Source: Candidatus Thermosaccharophagus tengchongensis
Lineage (GTDB): Bacteria > Armatimonadota > Fervidibacteria > Fervidibacterales > Thermosaccharophagaceae
DNA length: 64,000 nt
Direction: 5' to 3' (one strand)
Assembly: GCA_032161105.1 (NCBI GenBank)
Contig: JAVHTD010000005.1
Numbering within the stretch: the stretch's first letter is position 1; the number at the start of each line of letters is the position of its first letter. Below the pieces are notes generated by a model. The model did not search any database, was not told where the DNA came from, and saw only the letters and a list, made by a program, of their open reading frames with translations. Positions 59,088 through 64,000 of this stretch are shown in pieces. The position numbers and the translations under genes were made by a program.

Positions 59088-60146
59088 CTACTCAGCAACT
59101 TCAATGCCTTCACCCTCAATGACTTCTCCAATAACCCAATGATCCACGCCACGCATAGTCAGTTCGCTGCTAAGCCTCTCCAACCGCTCCTTCGGGACTG
59201 CAATGAGTAATCCGCCAGAGGTCTCGGGTGTGAATAGCAGCATCCGCATCTCCTGCGATATCACATCTGCAAACCTAACATGCCTGCCATATGCTGTTTC
59301 ATTTGAGCATGTGCCCGCTGGGAACAAGAATTGGCGTGCATATTGGATAGCACCGTCAATGAGCGGGATGGACTTGAGATTGATTCGCATCCCAACTTTG
59401 CTTTGCCAAGCCATCTCAAGGGCGTGCCCAAGAAGTGAGAAGCCAGATATATCGGTTGCTGCGTGAACACCGACTGCCAACATTGCTCGGGAGGCATCTT
59501 TGTTTAGCCTCGTCATGTAGGCTATGGCAGCCTCAACATGTTCCTCAATTGCAACACCTGCTTTTGCTGCCGTAGCAATTAACCCGCTTCCTAACGGTTT
59601 TGTGAGCACGAGCATATCTGAGGGTTTAGCGCCCGACTTTGTGATGATGTGGGATGGATGAACTATGCCGATGACGGCTAAACCATATTTCGGCTCACGG
59701 TCATCAACAGTGTGTCCGCCAGCGATTACTCCACCAGCCTCTTTAACCTTTTCCGCACCACCTTGCAGAATCTTGATAATGATCTCCTTCGGTAAGTCCG
59801 CTGGGAAGGCACAGATATTGAGCGCAAGAAGGACTTCACCACCCATAGCATAAACATCGCTCATTGCATTGGCAGCGGCGATTGCCCCGAACGCATAAGG
59901 GTCATCAACAATCGGTGTGAAGAAGTCAAGTGTGAATATAATGGCTGTGCTTTCATCAATTTTGTATACAGCGGCATCATCGGGGGCTTCAAGCCCAACT
60001 AACAGTTTGGGATGGCTAATATCCCTGAGCATTTCCCTCAATGTTGAGAGAATTTCTGACAGCCCACCAGGCGCCCACTTGCTAGCTCACCCAGATGCCC
60101 TAACCATAGATGTCAGCTTGATTTTCTTGTCATCACTTTGTGTCAT
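59088..60146 (-). CDS. selD: Selenide, water dikinase (selenophosphate synthetase), selenocysteine-containing
   Basis: SD GGAGG and ATG 60146 give MTQSDDKKIKLTSMVRASG-U(TGA 60089-60087)-ASKWAPGGL, in frame with DDAAVY, DFFTPIVDDP, GGHT, TKPLG, TDISGF and ETSGGLL. Confidence 0.93.
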
Positions 60147-60224
60147 TTTTCCTCCCACTCCTTGCTCGGTTTTTTGAATCCAAGGTGAACAGAAGCTTGT
60201 TCACCATGAAATTTGCCACTTCCG

Positions 60225-60396
60225 TAATTCACAAGTTTTCCACAAGTCAAAGTTTCGCTTCATCTCGATTGTGTCCAAATATTGAGCCAAAATTTTGGAC
60301 ATAATGACCGTTTTGAACAGGATTGAAAGAAAGATGTCAACGAATATTTTCACAGCTGCTCACATGGGTGACCGAGTTATCCACAGGTTTTCCACA
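60225..60396. promoter_or_regulatory. Cluster of DnaA boxes in an AT-rich intergenic region (candidate oriC or DnaA-binding locus)
   Basis: TTATCCACA 60377-60385, TTTTCCACA 60388-60396 and 60236-60244, TAATTCACA 60225-60233, and a weaker ATTTTCACA 60346-60354. Confidence 0.55.
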
Positions 60397-60438
60397 GTTC
60401 GGAGCAAAATAAAAATGTTTGTCCATATTTTCTGACCA

Positions 60439-60981
60439 TTAGTGAACAAAATCATCAATTGGTAACTCACTCAAACCCCTTTGCCATCCCTCAACAGTTA
60501 CTATTCTCCATTTTATGAATTCTTTTTGCAAGAATATTGTCAAACCGCTTGGTCTGATGGTGTAGCTATGCTCTCCCACTGTCAAGGTTACTTGCAAACG
60601 CACATCCGCGACTGCCGTGTTGCGCCGCACATAGACAACCAATGCGAGTATGTCAATTTTAGCCGACAAATTTTGATCTTTCATGTAGCTTTGAACGGCG
60701 TCTTTAATATCCCTATAAGTTGTTCCTGTTGAATCATGATAGTTGACTGATATCAACCGCATAAGCTTACCATATTGCTTCATTTCAATGGCGGATTTCG
60801 CTTCCCTCAAAACTTGCGCCACCCTCTCTTCCTGAGGCACGCTTATATGCTGCTTCCATAGATATCCTCCTATCGCTAAGAATGCCACAAAAGTCCCCAA
60901 TCTCCATTTCACTGCTTTAAGTGTAAGCCATATTGATCTAAGGTGCTGCATGGTTCTCACCAGCGCTGTGGATTCTGACAT
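60439..60981 (-). CDS. Membrane-anchored hypothetical protein, NTF2-like fold
   Basis: One TM helix, then a helix / ISVNYHD / beta-strand pattern ending KWRIV. Confidence 0.55.
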   Translation of the reverse strand: MSESTALVRTMQHLRSIWLTLKAVKWRLGTFVAFLAIGGYLWKQHISVPQEERVAQVLREAKSAIEMKQYGKLMRLISVNYHDSTGTTYRDIKDAVQSYMKDQNLSAKIDILALVVYVRRNTAVADVRLQVTLTVGEHSYTIRPSGLTIFLQKEFIKWRIVTVEGWQRGLSELPIDDFVH

Positions 60982-61326
60982 AGCACTTCCTCACTTCCAT
61001 CAGCAGCTCCCAGCTCGGGTGAGACTTATGCAGCGTTGCGCTTTGTGCGATCCACTCTCTTTCTGCCTTTAAAAGGCTTTTACCTCGCCACTCAGCTGGC
61101 AGAGCTGAATGAGTCACCCTATTTCAGCGGTTATGCCATTATGCAGCGCGCAGCTTTATGAAACTTCCACATGACGCGCTATTCTACCATTATGATGCCG
61201 CGAGTGCATGCCCTTGGTTTGAAGTGGTCTTTCCCATTCGCGTTTTGAATCGTTCAGTTATCAGGATGCCACTCGCATACGCTCATGTAAGATCCAAGTT
61301 GCTTTCCGAAATCACGGTGACAGGAG

Positions 61327-62391
61327 ATGGGCATATCCATATCTCAAGAGTGGAAAGATTGCATTATGCAAGTCCTCTCAAAGCCGTATAGACCGCACAT
61401 TGTGTTCGTCGTCGGCGTCCCCGATGTAGGTAAGACAACATTTTGCTGCGCCCTCGCGAACATCGCAATTGAGCATGGGCTAACCACAATGGTTGTAGAT
61501 GCTGACATTGGTCAGTCAAGTATAGGACCACCAACGACCATCGGGCTTGGAAGAGTTAGAAACAAAATTGAGCGCCTCAGCGATGCCGAATTTGTCGCTG
61601 GGTTCTTTGTCGGGCACATTTCGCCAATGGGTCATCTGCTTCCCACCGTGATTGGCACAAAGCTCATGATTGATAAAGCCGTTTCAAACGGCGCTGATAT
61701 CGTCATCGTTGACACTACGGGGCTCGTGAGAGGTGCCATTGGACGGGAGTTAAAATGGAACAAAGTGCGGCTCATCAAACCACAGTCACTAATCGCTATT
61801 GAGCGCGGCAACGAGTTGGCTCACTTGCTCGTGCCGCTAAGGCGTTTGGAGTGGCTTCAAATATACCGTGTGAGCGCCTCTGATGCTGCTGTGCAGCGTG
61901 ATAGAGGGCTCAGGAAGTTGCATCGTGAAAGCAAGTTTAAGCAATTCTTTGAAGGTGCAAGGGAAGTGGAACTATCTCTTGAGAGTGTGGCTCTCCTTGG
62001 GACATGGCTCGGTTGTGGCACGCCTGCTCACCCGAGCTTTGTAGCGCACCTTTCCGAGATTGCCGACGCGGAAATCGCACATGCAGAGAGATGCGACAAT
62101 GTCGGCGTGCTCGTGACAGCAGAGAGAATCAGTGAAGACGCGATGCGATGGATTGCATCCCGTTGGGGCGTGGATGAGATTGTCACCATATCACTTGAGC
62201 AGATCAGTGGGTTAGTAGTGGGCTTACACGATGGAAACGGTGAATTCTTATCCATTGGAGTGCTGCTCGCTTATGATGGCTCATCAAGGAAGTTGCGCGT
62301 GCTAATGCCATCATCGGTTAATCCGAGTGATGTTGCCCTTCTCGTCTTTGGGAAGCACCGCATTAGCACCGAAGGAACTGAGTTAACTTAG
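61327..62391 (+). CDS. Clp1/Grc3-family polynucleotide 5'-hydroxyl kinase
   Basis: Walker A GVPDVGKTT, DADIGQSSIGPPTTIG, IVDTTG and an Arg-rich lid. Confidence 0.82.
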   Translation: MGISISQEWKDCIMQVLSKPYRPHIVFVVGVPDVGKTTFCCALANIAIEHGLTTMVVDADIGQSSIGPPTTIGLGRVRNKIERLSDAEFVAGFFVGHISPMGHLLPTVIGTKLMIDKAVSNGADIVIVDTTGLVRGAIGRELKWNKVRLIKPQSLIAIERGNELAHLLVPLRRLEWLQIYRVSASDAAVQRDRGLRKLHRESKFKQFFEGAREVELSLESVALLGTWLGCGTPAHPSFVAHLSEIADAEIAHAERCDNVGVLVTAERISEDAMRWIASRWGVDEIVTISLEQISGLVVGLHDGNGEFLSIGVLLAYDGSSRKLRVLMPSSVNPSDVALLVFGKHRISTEGTELT

Positions 62392-62445
62392 TTGCACACA
62401 ATGGCAGCGTTGACTCATTGAGAACATGTTGGGAGATGTGCACGC

Positions 62446-63111
62446 ATGGAGCGAACGGTTCTCATCCTCGCCAGACATGGGGAAACATCTTGGAATAAGG
62501 AACACCGCTTTCAAGGGCAGAGAGATGCACCGTTGAGCGAACTCGGCTGGCTGCAGGCTATGGCATTGCATGAGCGATTAAAAGATGAGCCCATAGATGC
62601 GGTTTACACAAGTGACCTCTTGCGAGCCTTTGAAACAGCTCAACTCATACTCCGAGGGCGAGACACCTGCATAAATCCAACACCAGAGTTGCGTGAGCGC
62701 CATATGGGGGCTTGGGAGGGATTGACATTTGATGAGGCGATGAAAGCTTATCCTGAGGAAGTTAAGAAGTGGCTGAAGGAGCCATTGGCAACCGTTCCAC
62801 TGGGTGAGGATGGAACGCACTTCGTCCAACGGGTGACGAAATTCTTTGAGAGACTGCTCAACATGCATTCTGGCGAGCGCATACTTGTTGTCTCGCATGC
62901 TGGTCCAATCAAGGTCGCAATATGCTCGCTGCTCAACTGGGACATGAGCTGCCTTCGCCATTTCAGGATTTCCAACGGGAGCATATCAGTCATTGAGGTG
63001 GGGCATAGAGGCGCCCTATGCAGCACGCTCAACGACGAATGCCATCTCATCAAGCTCAACCGAGCGCTCACACAAGCCCGACAATGTGGAAGCCCTGATC
63101 AACATAAATGA
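62446..63111 (+). CDS. Histidine phosphatase family protein (CobC/PspA-like)
   Basis: Motifs RHGETSWN, SDLLRAFETA, LRE..G.WEG and VSHAG. Confidence 0.9.
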   Translation: MERTVLILARHGETSWNKEHRFQGQRDAPLSELGWLQAMALHERLKDEPIDAVYTSDLLRAFETAQLILRGRDTCINPTPELRERHMGAWEGLTFDEAMKAYPEEVKKWLKEPLATVPLGEDGTHFVQRVTKFFERLLNMHSGERILVVSHAGPIKVAICSLLNWDMSCLRHFRISNGSISVIEVGHRGALCSTLNDECHLIKLNRALTQARQCGSPDQHK

Positions 63112-63856
63112 CTTCCCCAGTTATGCCCCGTGACATATCACTCAGCAGGAAGAGTGCTGCATCGGCGACCTCTTCCACATCCGTATTTCGGTGCATCGGA
63201 GCCACTTCTCTGAAGCGCTGATACATTTGTGTGAAGCCGCTTATTCCCCTCGCAGCCAGCGTCGGTATCGGACCCGGTGAGAGGGCATTAACCCTTATGT
63301 TCCTTTCACCGAGTTCAAATGCGAGGTATCGGACTATAGCTTCAAGCGCAGCCTTGCAAACGCCCATCACATTGTAGCTTGGCATCGCCCTTTCACTGCC
63401 GATGTAAGTGAGCGTAATTATTGAACCGCCAGAATCCATCAACCAAATTGCTGGACGAGTTATTGCAATTAGCGAATATGCGCTCACATCCATCGCGGCA
63501 AGAAAGCCATCACGACTTGTGTTAATGAAACTTCCGGACAATTCCTCTCGCCTCGCAAATGCAACACTGTGGACGATGAAGTCAAGCTTGCCATGACGCT
63601 CGCTGATTGACCTGTAGACTTCCTCAATTTGCGCATCGTCTGTGACATCGCATTGCATCGTCCAAGCATCCCGAAGCTGCGACGCCAACTCGCACACCGT
63701 TTGGGCAAACCTCTCGGATTGGTATGTTATGCACACCTTTGCACCTTCATTGCTCGCAGCCTTAGCTATAGCCCACGCAATTGAACGCTGATTGGCAACG
63801 CCATAGACGACGCCGACTTTGCCGTCAAGCAAACTGCCCATCGCCCACCCCTCCAA
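63068..63856 (-). CDS. fabI: Enoyl-ACP reductase FabI
   Basis: Motifs GVANQRSIAW, HSVAFA, YNVMGVCKAALE and GPIPTLAA. Confidence 0.93.
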   Translation of the reverse strand: MEGWAMGSLLDGKVGVVYGVANQRSIAWAIAKAASNEGAKVCITYQSERFAQTVCELASQLRDAWTMQCDVTDDAQIEEVYRSISERHGKLDFIVHSVAFARREELSGSFINTSRDGFLAAMDVSAYSLIAITRPAIWLMDSGGSIITLTYIGSERAMPSYNVMGVCKAALEAIVRYLAFELGERNIRVNALSPGPIPTLAARGISGFTQMYQRFREVAPMHRNTDVEEVADAALFLLSDMSRGITGEVIYVDQGFHIVGLV

Positions 63857-64000
63857 TAATTGAAGTTTTGATTCGCACTAAGTGTGGCTATGCTTTATTT
63901 GAGGGTTCACCATTTGATGCCGAATGCGCCCAATCAAATTTTTGCGCCATCGGTAGCGTCGGCTCACGGTCGGTGAAGTTGAGGTTAATGGGATAAGCCT

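Noticed and set aside
59088..60146. selD pseudogene with a nonsense mutation
   Set aside because: The TGA falls exactly at the catalytic Cys/Sec position (G-U-A-S-K) and the rest of the gene is intact.
1..64000. CRISPR arrays, tRNA/rRNA genes, transposases, integrases or prophage genes
   Set aside because: I saw no regularly spaced direct repeats, no T-loop/CCA tRNA signatures and no such ORFs by eye; a tRNAscan/CRISPR search would be needed to be certain.

Overview
64-kb window of a bacterial chromosome, densely coding and mostly housekeeping. The prepilin-N-terminal/H-X9-DG (DUF1559-type) protein, the ceramidase-like and DUF4838 proteins and the K/E/R-rich proteins suggest a thermophilic Armatimonadota/Fervidibacteria-like organism; this is an inference. 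Recognisable genes: rbsK, hslV, prmC, sua5, a Gld-like ABC cluster, speB, coaX, htpX, aconitase, an M16 peptidase pair, an archaeal-type mat, hdrCBA, gltX, selD and fabI. I found no CRISPR array, tRNA, rRNA or transposase. The most notable observations are not in the ORF track. (1) A SAM-I riboswitch appears to sequester the ribosome-binding site of a 61-codon leader ORF that ends next to the mat start. (2) A free-standing 100-aa protein consists of only two GyrA C-terminal pinwheel blades. It lies convergent to a YqhH-like SNF2 helicase and a YqhG-like partner carrying about 13 tandem 15-residue Cys/His repeats. (3) An unassigned structured, possibly pseudoknotted RNA lies upstream of hdrC. 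(4) SelD is extended by an in-frame UGA (selenocysteine). (5) A DnaA-box cluster occurs with no dnaA gene in view. (6) There is an orphan DUF6079/BrxC-like ATPase, a type II-like restriction-modification pair and a Clp1-kinase/histidine-phosphatase pair. (7) Several 4-bp palindromes appear strongly avoided. All family calls are by eye from motifs; no database searches were run.
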